Positions 1 through 15,273 of a DNA stretch of 64,000 nt are shown here, piece after piece. How positions within the stretch are numbered: position 1 is the first letter of the stretch; every line of letters begins with the position of its first letter. The DNA comes from the human T2T-CHM13v2.0 reference genome, Homo sapiens. Under the pieces are notes generated by a model. The model was not told where the DNA came from. It ran no database searches and saw nothing but the letters and a program-made list of their open reading frames with translations. The DNA is taken from NCBI RefSeq assembly GCF_009914755.1, contig NC_060939.1. One strand, given 5' to 3'. The translations under genes were made by a program, and so were the position numbers.

Positions 1-29
1 GGCCCTGCCCAGAAGGGCTCCTGGTGTGG

Positions 30-272
30 TTTTCAGCCTGTGGGCTCTCAACTCTGGCTGCCTGGGTTGGCTCCTGGCTCTGCTGCTTATACCTATGAGC
101 CCCTAAGCAAGTGACTTACCTCTCAGTACCTCAGTTTCCTCACTTAGAAGCAAAGGATTATAACAGTTAATAGCAGTGCCTCCCTCAGCGGGAAGCCGAA
201 GAGAATTCAGTGAGATGACTCATGGAAAGCACATAGCTGGTGTCTGGCATAGACTGAGCACTCAGAAAATCT
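30..272 (+). mobile_element. MIR SINE
   Basis: MIR core ...gcaagtgacttacctctcagtacctcagtttcctca... and a MIR-like 3' end; boundaries approximate. Confidence 0.7.
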
Positions 273-2445
273 AGTGATGCCTGCCTAGGCAGAGAGCCCT
301 GTCCTCAGGGGGTGCAACCAGCAACTTACCTGCGGCAATGTGGGGAGTTAGGCTTATTGTCCAGTTCCCCAGGCATAGCCTGGCATGGGATGGGCTGAGA
401 GGTGGAGACGGGGTGTTGGCCATAGAGGGAGAGAAGAAGTGGGGAGCAGGAGGAGGGTAAGGGAAAAGGGTGTTGTCTGATTTTCCCCCAGAAGTCAAGG
501 TACAATTTGCCAGCAAAAGGGATGGGGTTGGGGCAAGAGGTGACCTCTAGGAGCCATCCGAGAGCTGCACAGGAGCCAGAGGGTTATTGGAGGCCCCTAG
601 ATGGGGAGGAAAGAGGAAAGGGACTGGCAGCTAAGGAAGAGATGGAAGCAGCAGTGGGACCCCAGCAGCAGTGCCCTGACTGCCACCGTGGATCCTGCAG
701 CGGCACTCACAGGGGGGAAGTTCTGGGAAGGGTCCCATGGGTGTCTGTGTGTCTAGAGGTGGTGGGGACTTCCTTTGGTTGGTAGTCTTTAGTTCAAGCC
801 CCAGGTTTTATCTCTAGCCTCTGTGTGGGGTCTGACTATTCTGTTCTCTGGGAGAATGTTCAGGAGCCTAGAGCAGTTGGTAATCAGGATGCTGATAGGC
901 CCAACTTGCAGGGAGCGTTGTTTTGATTTTGGCCCCCATGCTTTGAGAGAAGACTTAGTACAACCTGCCAGTGAGTGAGGAAGGACCTTGGACAGTTTAG
1001 CCTAAGAGGAAAAGAAAGACAGGATGGTATGAGGGTGGGTTTTAAGTTTTTGGAAGGCTCTCGTTTGGAGGAAGGACACACTAAACCATCCTCAGCTGGT
1101 CTCAGTGATATTGTAGGAATGCAGACATCAGCTCAGTGTGAAGGAGGAGTTTCCATGCCTGAGAGCTGTGGGAAAATGGAAAGGCTTGTTTTGAGAGGCA
1201 ATGTGTTTCCAGCTCCCGGGGCAGAGGCTGAATGGCTGCTTATCTTCCAGAGATATGGGGGAAGGTGGAAGGAAGTGTTAGAAATTCAAATTAGGGTTTC
1301 AACCTGAGAAAGTTGGTGTCTTAAATAATGCTGATGTTCTGTGACTTTATGAATGGGTAAGATGAATGAAATACAGGCCTGTTTTAATTTATCTGGAGAA
1401 ATGGAAACTTTGGTAGGTCAGAGAGAGGAAATAACCTTTATCTGCCATGCAGATAATTGCAGAGATGGCTATGACCTTAGAGACCTCAGACCAGTGTGCT
1501 CATGAGCCTGTCTTCAGGCAGTGATTATTTAGATTTCACTTATGAACATGTTGAACTTTCTCTGGGACTTTAAACTCTTTAAAAATGGCACTGTACCTTG
1601 TTCAAGTTGTATATTCAGTGACTGTAGATAATCAATGGTGGATACTTCAATCCTTAATTGGATTCTCTTCTCTGACATTTTATAGTCATGGAAATGAGGC
1701 TCGGAGAAGTTGTGACTGCCTCAGGTCACAGACCGACCCAGGGGCTGCCCTGGGACCAAGACACCCACTCCTGCTCAGCCTCCAGTGTTCCTTCTATTTA
1801 GTCCACTTTCAGAGGTCCCAGTGCAGTTGGAATATGTCAGTACCAGGCATAGCATTTCATTAAGCTACCGCCTAAGGACGCACCATGTGGGATGCTTTTA
1901 GCGTGTGACTAGGGATTTTGTGGCACATGGCAGATTTTCCTAGATGTGAAGTCTATTACTCTGCAGAGCCTCGCTGTAACACCATTAATTGTCAAAGCCA
2001 GGGCCAGGCGGGGGCTGCCAGGCTCTCCAGATCCTCAATAGTTAGGTCAGTAGGAGCCTTGGCAGGGGCCTTCCTCCTACTCCTGATGAGGTGGCCCCAG
2101 GGATGGGCCAAGTCTCTGTGACTCATACCCAAGAGGGCTTCTCAACATCACGAGTCACCTGGGTTGATGTGGGTATCTTAGGGGTCAGGCTGGGGTCCCC
2201 AAGGTCAGAGTACCCTGCCAGATGCAGTGCTTGTGGTCCAGTAAATGACAGCAGGTGACCTGGCTAGGGGTGGAGGGAGTGGGACTCTCATCAGATAGGT
2301 CCTGGAGGGCAACCTGAAGCTCAGAGTGGACCAGTTGAGGACTGGGCCCCCTTGTGTGTGGGGCAGGTGTTGCAGCTTCATCAGCCTGCGGTGTTCCAGG
2401 GCTCGCTCAGGGCAGGCTGGCTAAAGGCTTGGAGTGGAAGGGGTG

Positions 2446-2801
2446 TGTTATTAATCCATTTTCATGCTGCTGATTAAGACATACCTGAAGCTGGGAAGAA
2501 AAAGAGGTTTAGTTGGACTTAGAGTTCCACATGGCTGGGGAGGCCTCAGCATTATGGCAGGAGGCAAAAGGCACATTTTACATGGGGCGGCAGCAAGAGA
2601 AAATGAGGAAGATACAGAAGCGGAAACCTCTAATAAACCCATCAGATCTCGTGAGACTTGTTCACTATCATGAGACTAGGATGGGAAAGACTGGCCCCCA
2701 TGATTCAATTACCTTCCCCTGGGTCCCTCCCACAACACGTGGGGATTCTGGGAGATACAATTCAAATTGAGATTTGGTGGGGACACAGCCAAATCATATC
2801 A
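2446..2801 (-). mobile_element. THE1 (THE1A-like) solo LTR, ERVL-MaLR
   Basis: TG...CA termini, typical THE1 body, perfect 5-bp TSD GGGTG at 2441-2445 and 2802-2806. Confidence 0.92.
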
Positions 2802-2994
2802 GGGTGGTATGGGTATTCACGGTTATTGAGCAGCTGCCCCCTGTGCCCTGCGTGGCATTGTGCTGAGTACGCTGGGAGTGGCATGGCATTGCTCTTCCAG
2901 TTTACAGAGCAGGAAACAGAGCCTCCGGGTTCACTGCTGATCATTGATGAAAGCAGGGTGATGATGATGATAATGATGATGAGGGTTAGCAGAA

Positions 2995-3235
2995 TCACTC
3001 CTGTCTACTCAGTGCACAGTGCACGCCTGGCCACATGCTATGTACTTTACACACATTACATTTCATCCTCACCACCACCCTGTATGTCAGGTACTATCAT
3101 TGCCCTTTCAAAGTGGAGGAGATTACAGCTCACTAAAAGGTAGTTGACGGGCTCAGAGTTGCATGGTTGATGGGCGGCTGAGCCAGGATTTAAACTCAAG
3201 TCTATCTGACTCTGGGAGCCCAGGCTCTTTCCTTG
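2995..3235 (-). mobile_element. MIR SINE, preceded by a (GAT)n tract at ~2958-2982
   Basis: Reverse-complement MIR motifs (atttcatcctcacca..., ggatttaaactcaagtctatctgactct); boundaries approximate. Confidence 0.65.
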
Positions 3236-3350
3236 TTACAGCCCCACTTGTCCTTGGGAATGAAGCTTGTGATGAACTCCAGATTTTGTTTTTAATGGAT
3301 GTGAGCCAGGTGGGCTGGATCTGCAAGTATAATAGTAGGTCTTTACGTGA

Positions 3351-3722
3351 TGTGATAGGCTAGATGATGTTGCAGTAATAAACAGCCTCCAAAGCTCTGT
3401 AGCTTAACGAAGAAAAGCTTATTTCTTGCTCATGCTTCACATCCAGTCATGGCAGGGTTGGAGTTGGTTGCTTTGTTCCTGAGTCCCCGGGGGACCCAGG
3501 TGTTGGTGATCTCTGCAGTGGGGTAGGAGGAGGATATGGTAGATCATTAATGGGCTCTTGGAGCTTGTACCTGGACATGTCACCTGCCACTTCTTGCATT
3601 TCCTTGGCCAAAGCTAATCACATGGCCACTCCTGACTTCAAGGGGGCAGGGAAGCACATTGCATGTGCCTGGAGGAGAGAAGAACTGGAAATATTAGGTG
3701 AACAGCACTAATGACCCTCACA
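3351..3722 (-). mobile_element. MLT1 (J/K/L-like) LTR
   Basis: Contains ggccaaagctaatcacatggccactcctgacttcaaggggg and ends gaacagcactaatgaccctcaca, both typical of old MLT1 elements. Confidence 0.7.
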
Positions 3723-5744
3723 GTGATTCATGGGGCCTGTTTGGTCAGCACCCCAAGATGGTTCCTTTTTAAAACAGATGAGGGCTGGCCCTAGAGCAGT
3801 CCTGGGGAAGGTCTTGGATTAGACTTGGTTACTCCATCCCTCCCACTCTGTCTGTCCCAGCTCTTTTGAGGGAGGGGGTGGCATTTTATTCTCCATCAGA
3901 AAAGGAGGGACCGAGTGAGAGTCTTGCCAACAGCATGGCTGGGAAACAATTGCTCTAAGAGGACGGGGGCCAAAAAGTCACCACACCTCCTTCAAGGCCT
4001 CTGTATAGAAGGAAATCTGTGATTTATGCTCTGTAACTTCTGGGTGGTACACAGTAATTCCTTCCTGGACACTGTTTGCTGTGTATATAGCGACTCATCC
4101 TTTGACATTTCACACCATTATCTTTCATTTTTCTTGATCCGTGCAGTGAATGGATCCGTAACGCCACCCTGTTTTTAAGAAAGCTGAGCTGTGATTTAGA
4201 GAAGTTGTTACTTGCACAAAACCTCACAGTGGTCAGGTGACTATACCAGGATCAGGACGTTTCTATTCTGGCCCCATTCCCCTTGCCAGTCAGTTAGAGC
4301 TGGCTATTGACCCAGGTAGCCTGGCCTTGCAAGGAGGAACCAGGGCACTCTGGGCTTTGTAGGAGCCTGGTCTGCTCAGCTCTGTCTCAGGGAACAGCCT
4401 ACTACTTTAAAGGAGGAAATAATAAAGGTCACTCTTGTCAGGTGTCTTAACCCTGTGGGTACCAGAGTCAGCCTAAACGCTTGTAGCAGTCTTGGCCCAG
4501 GCTCTTGCCTACCGAGACCATGTCCTTTTCTTTCTCCAGTCCCTGCTTAGCATCGCTCCTGTGGCCATGGAAGTGTGGGGCAAACGGAAAAGTTGACAGC
4601 TTTCTATACGGAAATTTGGTCTTGTTTGGGGCTGCAAGGAAGCACTAATGAGAAGCATCCATTGGATTGAAAGTTCTTGGCCTCAGCATTTGTATTTAAG
4701 TTCTGAAAATGGCATGATTTTTATAATTCAGGAGAGACCCTTTCAGCATTTATGGATATATGGTAGCAAAATGGGAAAGTTGAAGGATCCGTTTTCACAA
4801 ATAACAAGACTTCCGGGCAGGGGTGCAGGGCAGAACTGTGGACTGGAGTAGGCCTGTGAGCTTCCAGATTGAGCCTTTGGCTGCTTGTTTATCTTCTTTC
4901 TTCAAAAATCCTGTTGAACCTGTTGGACATGTGTGTGCTGACAGCAAGCTGATTTGTAATCATTTGTAAAGCCATGTGGTCTGTCTGTGACAGCGACTCT
5001 AACTGGGAGTCTAACGCTTGCATTTACCCGGTTCCCACCCCCCAATATTTTCCTAGTGACGCAGAGCGCTGGAAGCAGGGCATTGTCTGGGTGGAGTCCC
5101 TTCCGCCAGCCAGCAGCTCCTTGAAGGCGAACGGCACTGCAGGGGCATGTTGGGTTCTATAAACAGAACTTTTACATGCTGGTCACAAGGTTAGCTTAGA
5201 CTGTGGCTCTCATGGTGAGGGAAGTGGTGTCTTATAAATATGATGTGAGGCTCCTTTTATCTCCTGGAAACTGGGGAACATTTTGTAAGAATTTTTCTAA
5301 GGAATGGTGTTAAAAAAACAAAGCAAAGGCACAATGGAAGGCCTAAGGCTGTGTTTCATAGAAGCCCCTGAAATGCAGTCTTGGTGAGTGTGTGGATGTA
5401 GCTGAAGCCCCCAGCTGGCAGGTTCGGGGCCTCCTTTTCCCTTCCCTGGCTGGCTCTGGGGAATTTTCCCTCAAGCTGCTGCCCCCACTTGGAAGAAACT
5501 GGTAGCAACTAGCAGAGGTCACAAGCAAGGAGTCAGAGAACCGGGTTCAAGTCCTGGGTGTGTGACTGTTGTCTACCCAACCTTAATGTATTGTGGTCAT
5601 TGACTGAGGTCTTACTATGTGTCTGAAACATTGCTAGGTGCTTTGCATAATGTCTCAATTCATTTTTAGAATAATGAGAAAACTGAAGTTTCGAGAAGAA
5701 CAAGCAGGACCAATTCAGGTCTGCTGACTCCAAGGCCTGCACTC

Positions 5745-6020
5745 TTTTTGTTTTCTTTTGTTTTTATTAAGATAACATTCATATAACACAAAATTCATTT
5801 TAAGCATTTTACAGTGTGCAGTTCAGTGGTTTTTTATATATTCACAATTTGGGTAGCCACCATCGCTATCTAATTCTAGAACATTTTCATCACCCTAAAT
5901 GAAGCCCCTTTCATCTGAATTCCCCCTTTCCCTCATCCTTTGTCAACCACTAGTCTACTTTCTGTCTGTATGGATTTGCCTATTCTGGACATTTTGTATA
6001 AACAGAATCATACCATATGT
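5745..6020 (-). mobile_element. Old L1 (L1M) 3' fragment
   Basis: T-tract then cagtgtgcagttcagtgg...ctagaacattttcatcacc...ctactttctgtctgtatggatttgcctattctggacatt. Confidence 0.75.
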
Positions 6021-7589
6021 CAAGACCTGAACTATGGAGCATGTTGTGTTTCGGAAAAATCAAATCACTTAACTGCTCTACATCTATTTAGTTGCAGTGT
6101 GTTGTGGTCAGAAGGATTTTTATTTCCTTGTTGAGTATCTCTGTAGGTTTATTGTGTGTCAAATGCATTCTGTGAGCAAATATGAGGATTTTATTGTCGT
6201 AACTTTTGTCTTGGACCTATATTTTAATTACAGGCCACTCTGAGAGTGAATCTTAACTAGTTTTTTTAAAGGGAAGCATGTTGACTTATTTCCTAAGGAC
6301 ATTATGAAGAAAACCAGAGACATTTTTAACCTATGTAATCACTGAGTTGCCATAGGAAAAACTGGGTAATTGAATATGATTAAAAGGGAGTATCTTTTAG
6401 GTGGTTCTGTAAGCAAGAAAATTGCCACCAGGGCAACAGAAATACAGGATGTAAATAAAATCTTCATTAAGCAAGGTATATGTAAACTCTACAAGTACGG
6501 CAGGTTAATGACCATAAGGAGAGAATGGCCCTCACCTCTGGATGCTGTGGCAGGGACATTGTTACAGATGATCTGGTTTAAATGGCAGCATTTGAAAATA
6601 AAATGTAAACATGAGGCAGTAGGAGTAGAACCTCTAGTCATCTTAGCTCACTGAATTCCAGGACTACCTAATGCTGCCTGACTTCTTCAAGTTCATTCTA
6701 GAATCCCAGACTGTTAGAGCTGGCCAGGACATTGAAACAAGATAGACTGACCCTTTTGTGTTGCAGAGGGGAGAAAGTGAAGGCAGATAGAAGTTAAATG
6801 ATTTGTCTGTCGTCATCATACATGAATTGTTAGCGGGATCTGGTCTAGAATTCACATCTTTTAACAAAAAGAAATTGAATATTGATCTGTATGATTTTTG
6901 GCATTGGAATCAACTCTTCCTTGGAAATATTTGGTACCTGGGTGATGAATACCCTCTACTTCTTTGCCACTTCCTTTGCCACATTTATTTCCATCTCTCC
7001 CATGCACTATTTATTTGTGCCCCTCCACCCTCCCCCCGCCCCACACACACACAAACAAAAAGAGCTTATCACTGTATAACCAACTGAGTTCTGAACTGTA
7101 GATGTGTTGGGAGAGATTGGTGTTGGCAATTTTGGTAAATACAGTGAGAGAAAATTTGGAAATTCTGATGTTCTTCTTGGAGCATGGGATTTAAAAATAT
7201 TTTGCAATGGCTCAACCCCATCTTGCCCAAGAAATGGTAAGTAGGCAAATCAAAAAGGAGGAAGGAAGGAACCCATCACTTTACATTACTAAAATAATTT
7301 CAACTTTTTAAAGATTTGTATCTCTTTTTTGATTTTCTGATCTGTTTAGGTATTACTGATTATACCTTCTTTAAGGATGTGAATTGAACTCAGAGGGGGC
7401 AAGAGCTTGCAGAAGGAAGGTTGCAATGTGAGCTGGCTGCAAAGCCTGCAGTAGCGCACAAGCGGCCTAACGCCAAATCCCAGGCACTGAGAATCCTACC
7501 AAGAAGCATAAAGGATTTGACCAGTTAGGAGCTCAGCTCAAATCTCTGCAGAAAGGCCCTGAGAGCTGAGAAGGGTCCAATCAGCCTAG

Positions 7590-7745
7590 ACCTCACTACT
7601 CGAAGGGGTATCCACAGACCAGCATCATTGGCATCACCTGGGAGCTTGTTAGAAATGCAGAGTCCTGGGTCCCACTCCAGACTTCCTGAGTCAGAATGAG
7701 CGTTTTAATGAGATCTCTAGGTAATTCATTAAAATTTGAGAAGCC
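7590..7745. mobile_element. MER5A hAT-Charlie DNA transposon
   Basis: agcatcattggcatcacctgggagcttgttagaaatgcagagtc. Confidence 0.8.
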
Positions 7746-8117
7746 CAAGATTAGAGACCTTATGCCAGGGAAATTAACAAATGATTGGGAGAAGGGATGA
7801 AGTGTGCTAGTTAAGACTAAAATATATGCTGTTTCTGTACCTGAATAGTTGACCTTTGCTCAGGTGAGGGGGAAGCTGAAGACACAATATGGGGGACTTG
7901 CTTTCCTAACACTTCAGAGTGAGGAAGGGACGCATTATTGTGACCCGGGCCCTATTGTGCAAGTGAAAGCAGACGTCCACAGACATGATGGTGAGAAGAC
8001 AGTAATTTCCCAGCAGATGAGCTGACCTAGGGGATGCTTCTAGTACCTCTCAGCTGGGATCCTGCAGCCCCAACACACTGGAGCGTGGGGGTGGCCAGCG
8101 AGATGGAACTGACACCA

Positions 8118-8413
8118 ACATTCCATTCTCTGGATGTCCCGGCCTCCACGCCTCAGCTGTTTTCACTCATTCAGCAAAAAAGAGAGACAGAAAGGAAACA
8201 AAAGCCGGCTGTGGCAGAGGCCGTGTTAATTAGTAAAACCTGATATGTCTGTGTACTGGGTCGGCACTAGGACAAGCAGGAGGCTCTTGGCCTATGTGGT
8301 TACTTGTTGTCCATCAGGAGCGAGCCTGTCCAAGGTGTCGGGTCCGTGTTCCTACAAGGAGCGCTCCTCAGCTTCCTGAGTCAGGCAGAACATGCAAATG
8401 GGGCCATTTATGG
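8118..8413. promoter_or_regulatory. Candidate intronic enhancer (TEAD, E-box, ETS/SOX, homeobox, AP-1, octamer, CArG motifs)
   Basis: Motif matches in sequence I do not recognise as repetitive; there is no functional data. Confidence 0.35.
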
Positions 8414-9899
8414 TGCCATGGGGGGTTTGGTACTCATCTCTTGTTTCTCCAGGGGCCAGTGTGAACACTTCTAAATGTGGGTGTTAACCCATGAACATGT
8501 GGAAAATGTGCCAGCCTGCAGGCAGGTGATTATTTACAATGAATGGCTTGATGGCAAAGAGTGGGATTTCACTTTCTTGCATATGTGTGATACAATTGTT
8601 ATATTTCTTTTTTCCTTCTTTTAAAATTGGTAATTGGAGCATATGGCTAAAAGTCAACTATTTTTAAAGTAATGGAAATTTTGCAGTTCAGCATGTTGAA
8701 GCATGCTGTTTGGCTGTTTTAGAAGAATGTTTTTCTTAGATGCCATCGGTTTACCACACCACCCTTGACTGGGAAATGGGGCTAAGATTTTAATAAATTA
8801 GCCAACCAAGAAACCTGACTTACCCTTGAAATAAGATGGGTGTCATCTTCTTTGTGCAGTGTAGTCGCCCTGGAAGGACTATTAGAAGATCTCAATTCTC
8901 TGTTTTGAGAAGTCTAGGCTTGATTTTTTTAGCTGGTAAAAAATGTGCAGGTAGTGGCCTGAAGCCAAGTGTGACGATTTGGAACCACAGCCGGTAAGCT
9001 GTGTGAAGTCCTTCCCTTTTGGGAAGCAGATGTGAGTTTAGTGGACCTAACAGTAATAACAAGGGCTATGACGAGAGCTGTAATCCCATTTAACTAGATA
9101 TTTACAATAATGTACTAGGTGGGCAACTTCATCCCCCTTCTTCAGATAGGAAACTAAGGCTCTGTGAGGCCAGGTCCAGTGGAAGGCCCAGCAAGAGGCA
9201 CAGCCTGGGTTTGGATCTGATCTGGCTGACTTCAGAGCCTTTGCTGTTTCCTCTAAACAGACAGAGAAGCATTTTTAGAAGTATAAATGAGAATTCCATT
9301 CTGGAGGTGATTTATGTCTGTGTTAGGATGGGACATGTGTCTGTGTGCCGGGTGGGCAAGGAGGAGAGTGCTTGGCAAAGTCACAGGGGAAAAGTGACAC
9401 CACTTCCTGGAATACCAAGAACACAGTATCCTTAATATAAAAAGAGACATAGTAGAATGAAACATGCTATGGTGTTGAATGAAAAATTTACATTCATTTA
9501 TAATGGAAAAACCCAAGCCTTGAAAGCAGTTCTTCGCAGTCCCTTGGATGTCTCTCATCACCCCACACTGGACTTCTCTGCCTTAGGGTTTCTGGAGTGG
9601 AAAAGTTGGGGAAGCACTCGTGTAGTTGCAAGTCCTGGGCCATCTGGGCCTTTTCCACTCTCCCAGCTATATGTGGTGAAAAGGAATTGCTTAACTATGT
9701 AAACTGGCGTGGGAGAGTTGGCGCTATGCTCTGTTTGTACAGCTGCTCCTGGGGCTCCGGCTCCGCTATCTTTCACGGCCCAGAGGTACCCATGAAAAGA
9801 CAAAGGAAGGGTTTCCAGAGGCTGGAGGAGGTGAGAACTTGGCCGAGGACGTGGGTTGTTTTCTGAGTTCCTGTGACCATTGATGGTCAGTCTTTTAAA

Positions 9900-10530
9900 A
9901 GAAAATGTATATTTATTTTTAAAAATGGTAATACATGTTGAATTTCCATGGTTCAAAATTTAAAAATTGCCAGAGGGTTTGCAATTGAAAACTTCCTTCT
10001 GCTGTTTTCCACATAGCCCCAGTTTCCTGCCTCATAGTCAGTCATTGTTACCAGTTTCTCATGTAGCCAACTAAAAACATCTTTATCCCTCTTACCTTCT
10101 TTTTATACACACAGAAGCATGCTATATCTACTAATCTGTCCCATGCTTCTTCCTCACTTTCTTGTTCTTTTTTTCTCCCAGATGCACAAGATACTATTGA
10201 CCTGATGTAATTTATTTAACTAGTACCTAATTGGCCTTTAGTAGTGTGCAATCTTTTGCTATTAAGGTACTGCAGTGAATAATCTCATTTATATGTCATT
10301 TTGCACACATATGGGATAAAATGATAGACGATAAGTTTCTGGGTCAAAAGAAATGTACATTGTAATTTTGATGGATACTACCAAATTGCCATCCAGGAGC
10401 CTCGTACCAGTTTCTAGCCCCACCAGCAATCGATGAGAATACGTTTCCTCACATTACACATACTGTGTTATCAAACCTTTTGATGTGGCTGCCTCATAGC
10501 TGAAAAAATAACCTTGGTGTAATTTTTAGT
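9900..10530 (-). mobile_element. Old L1 (L1ME-like) fragment
   Basis: AT-rich degenerate L1 3' motifs (tactgcagtgaataatc, atactaccaaattgccatcc, ccccaccagcaat); boundaries approximate. Confidence 0.6.
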
Positions 10531-12093
10531 GATGATCCAATCTTGAAAAATGATAGAAAATGGCACAGTTGTTACTTTTGCCTTTGTGGTGATGAATCTG
10601 GTGCGGTGTTTTCAACTTTTTGGAGTGGCAGAGGAATCGACTACCTGTACAAGTGAGTAATAGCTAAAATATTGAAATGCAAATCCATGTAATTCTTTTA
10701 AAACAAGACATCACGTAGGTGGTAAGATACGGACAAATGAATTATTAAAAACTGTGTGCTTTTTGGTTTTATTTATGATGGTGCTTCCTCTCTAATATTG
10801 TTATAACATATAGGACTTGGGATCAGAGAATCGTAGAAACATAATGCCAGCAACTTCAATGACTTTAGCAGTACTTGTCCCCAGGGAACTTCCACTTGAG
10901 TTGCTCTTTACCAGCTCTGTCTTGGTGCAGTTCTGCTGCCTTTGCCACATCCATGAGACACAAAGTCTCATCTGGAAAGATGATACATAGATCCAAGCAT
11001 CAGATCACTTCAGAGTTGGGAGAACTTTGAAGGTCCTCTCTGCCATGTTTCTTTTCTTCACTGGGAGGTCATGGAGAAGAACTTACATGTAGTACTTGCC
11101 TTGAACAAAAGGTTAGGATTTTTATTTTTATTTTTGATTCCATTACTACTGCAAGTGAATTAGGTATGGTTTCAGGAAAGGAAAGTTTGTTCTATGGGCT
11201 TTATATAAAAGGTGAGCTGGCCATGTGGGGGTGTGGGGGCATGAAAATGGGAGAGGACTTTTGGGAAGATTTGCTAACATAGGCTCATGTTAAATTATTT
11301 GTAAGCATAATGTGAAGACATAGAGAAAAACATAGTATCGCTTTACAAATAATCAAAAAAGGACTAAGTGTCTCAATACACACAAGGTCTCCTAGAGTCA
11401 TACTCAGCCCATGCCACTGAAAGTTAAGATTGGAATAAATCCCTGCCAGCCATAAGCTGAGTGAAGAACTTGCATGCCAAGTTCTAAACATCACAATTCA
11501 GTCCAGGTTCCCTTATCTAACACGCTAGGGTGCTAGTTAGGCCCCAATCCAGGTTAAATCAGGTCTGGTTTTCAGTATCCTCATTCTTCCTGAGATTTCC
11601 GGGTGAATGAAAGGGTGCTGACCACACATCTAAGTGTTCTTTGCTTTACTGAAAGCTTTGGGCAGATGGTCTTGAGCCTCTTCTTCCCCTCTCTAACACC
11701 TCAGCAAACCTCCAGACCACGGGGGTAAATGCATCATCTCTCTCCACCATCCCTACTCCAGCCCCAGGTTTCCTGTAACTTTTGTTTACCCTTTTTTTTT
11801 TTAAACAGCTGTATTAAGATATAATTCATATAGCATATAATTCATATAATTCAACTATTGAAATTGTACAGTTCAGTGGTTTTAGTATTCACACAGTTGT
11901 ACAACCATCACCACAGTCAATGTTAGAACATTTTCCTAACCCCTAAAAAGAAATTCCATCGCCATTAGCAGTCACTCCTGGCCCCTTCCCCATATCCCTC
12001 CCTGTACCTCCCTGTAGCAGCCCAGGGCAATCACTAATCCATTTTCTGTCTCCGTAGATTTGCTATTCCAGACTTTCATATAAATGTCAATAT

Positions 12094-12095
<2 letters not shown>

Positions 12096-12142
<47 letters not shown>
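12096..12142. repeat. (TG)n microsatellite
   Basis: About 23 perfect TG units. Confidence 0.97.
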
Positions 12143-12146
<4 letters not shown>

Positions 12147-12326
12147 TGTGATTGGCTTCTTTAGGATAATATGTTCAAAGTTCATCCATGTTGTGGTGTG
12201 TGTCAGTATTTCATTCCTTTGAATGGCCAAATAATATTCCATTCTATGGATATGCCACATTTTGTTTACCCATTCACTGTTTGATGGACATGTAGATTGC
12301 TTGCACTTATTGGATACTGTGAATAA

Positions 12327-12736
<410 letters not shown>

Positions 12737-12943
12737 TAACATTTTGAGGAACTGGCAAACTGTTTTCCAAAGTAGCTGCACCATTTTACATTCCTACCAG
12801 CAATGTATAAGTGGTCTAATTCCTCTAAACTCTCCCCAATACTTGTTATTATCTTTCTTTTTTATTATAGCTATCCTAGTGGATGTGGAGTGGTATCTCA
12901 TTATGGTTTTAATTTGCATTTCCCTAATGACTAATGATGTTGA

Positions 12944-13297
<354 letters not shown>

Positions 13298-14715
13298 CCC
13301 ATTTTTAAGTCTTTTTGTTACTGAGTTAAAGAATCATTTATATATTCTGGATATGAGTCCTTCATTAGATATATGACTTTTATTTCCTTTCATTCTGGTC
13401 ATTGTCTTTTGACTTTCTTGGTGGCATCATTTGCAGCACAAAAGTTTTAAATTTTGAAGAAGCTTAATTTATCTGTTCGTTCTTTTGTCACTTGTACTTT
13501 TGGTGTTGTAGCTAAGTAGCCTTTGCCTAACCCAAGGTCACAAATACTTGTTTCTGTGTTTTAAGAGTTTTATAGTTTTAGATCCTACATTTGGGCCTAT
13601 GATCCATTTTGAGTTAACTTTTGTGTATGGTATGAGGAAGATGTCTAACTTCATTTCTTTTTCATGTGGATATCCAGTTGTAGTGGCACCATTTGTTGAA
13701 GGCTATTCTTTCCCCCATTGAATTGTCTTGGCACCCTTGTTGAAAAGCAGTTGGCTATACATGTAGGGGTTTATGTCTGAACTCCCAATTCTGTTTCATT
13801 GATTTATATGCCTTCCCTCATGCCAGTACTGCCCTGTCTTGATAACTGTAACTTTGTCTCACATGTTAATAGGAGAGTTAGGGCAGAAGTGGGCAATCTA
13901 GACTTTTTCTTTCCCTGGTCTGACCAGTTACTAGATTCTTTAGATCCTTCCTCAAGTTTTCAACCACACTTTATTTCTCCTCTGTATATTTTTGTGACAT
14001 GTCCTCTTGCTGGTTTCATTAGGAGACGATATCCTGATAGACCTGAGAAGTCTCAGCTGTCTGACACCTTAGTTTTCTCCTAGCAACGCCAGCTAACTTC
14101 ATTCTAACTCAGTTGCTTGGCTCCGATGGGCTTTCTCTGTTGTATAGAATTAAACCTTTGGGCCATGAAAGGATGCTCTGGTTCCTGAAATTCTCTAACT
14201 GGTTAGGTTCAGGATAATAAGCTTACTGTACTGTTAAGAGAAGTAAAGATCTTTCCAACAGGCTATATAAGTGAGCAGTTCTAGCAGATACTTCTCCCAC
14301 ATGGTCGGTGATACAGCCTTTAAAAGCCTAACCTTGTCCTCCCTGGGCCTTTCTTTTATCGCAGGCGTCTGTAGCATTGTGTTGTAGGCATGAGATTTGC
14401 TGATATTGGCATCTTTGTAGTAGTGGAGAAATGGAGGACAGGTAAGAGATCTGCCTGGAGAGGTGGAATGTGGGGCAGGACCATTTCCCATCACTTCAAA
14501 TTGCTAAACCGAAGAATACAAAGCCCCTGTGACCTCTGGAATCAACAATAACCACCCTGAGATTGTCATTCCTTTCTGTTGTGGATTGTGTGCAGCATAC
14601 CTAGAGCTTACACTGTGAACTGTATCCTAATTTAAGCTAATTTAAATTTCTGTTTTATATTGGACATGAAAAAAATCTGTACTCCGAAGCTGCCCTTCCT
14701 CAAGAGCTTCTATTA

Positions 14716-15272
<557 letters not shown>

Positions 15273-15273
15273 C

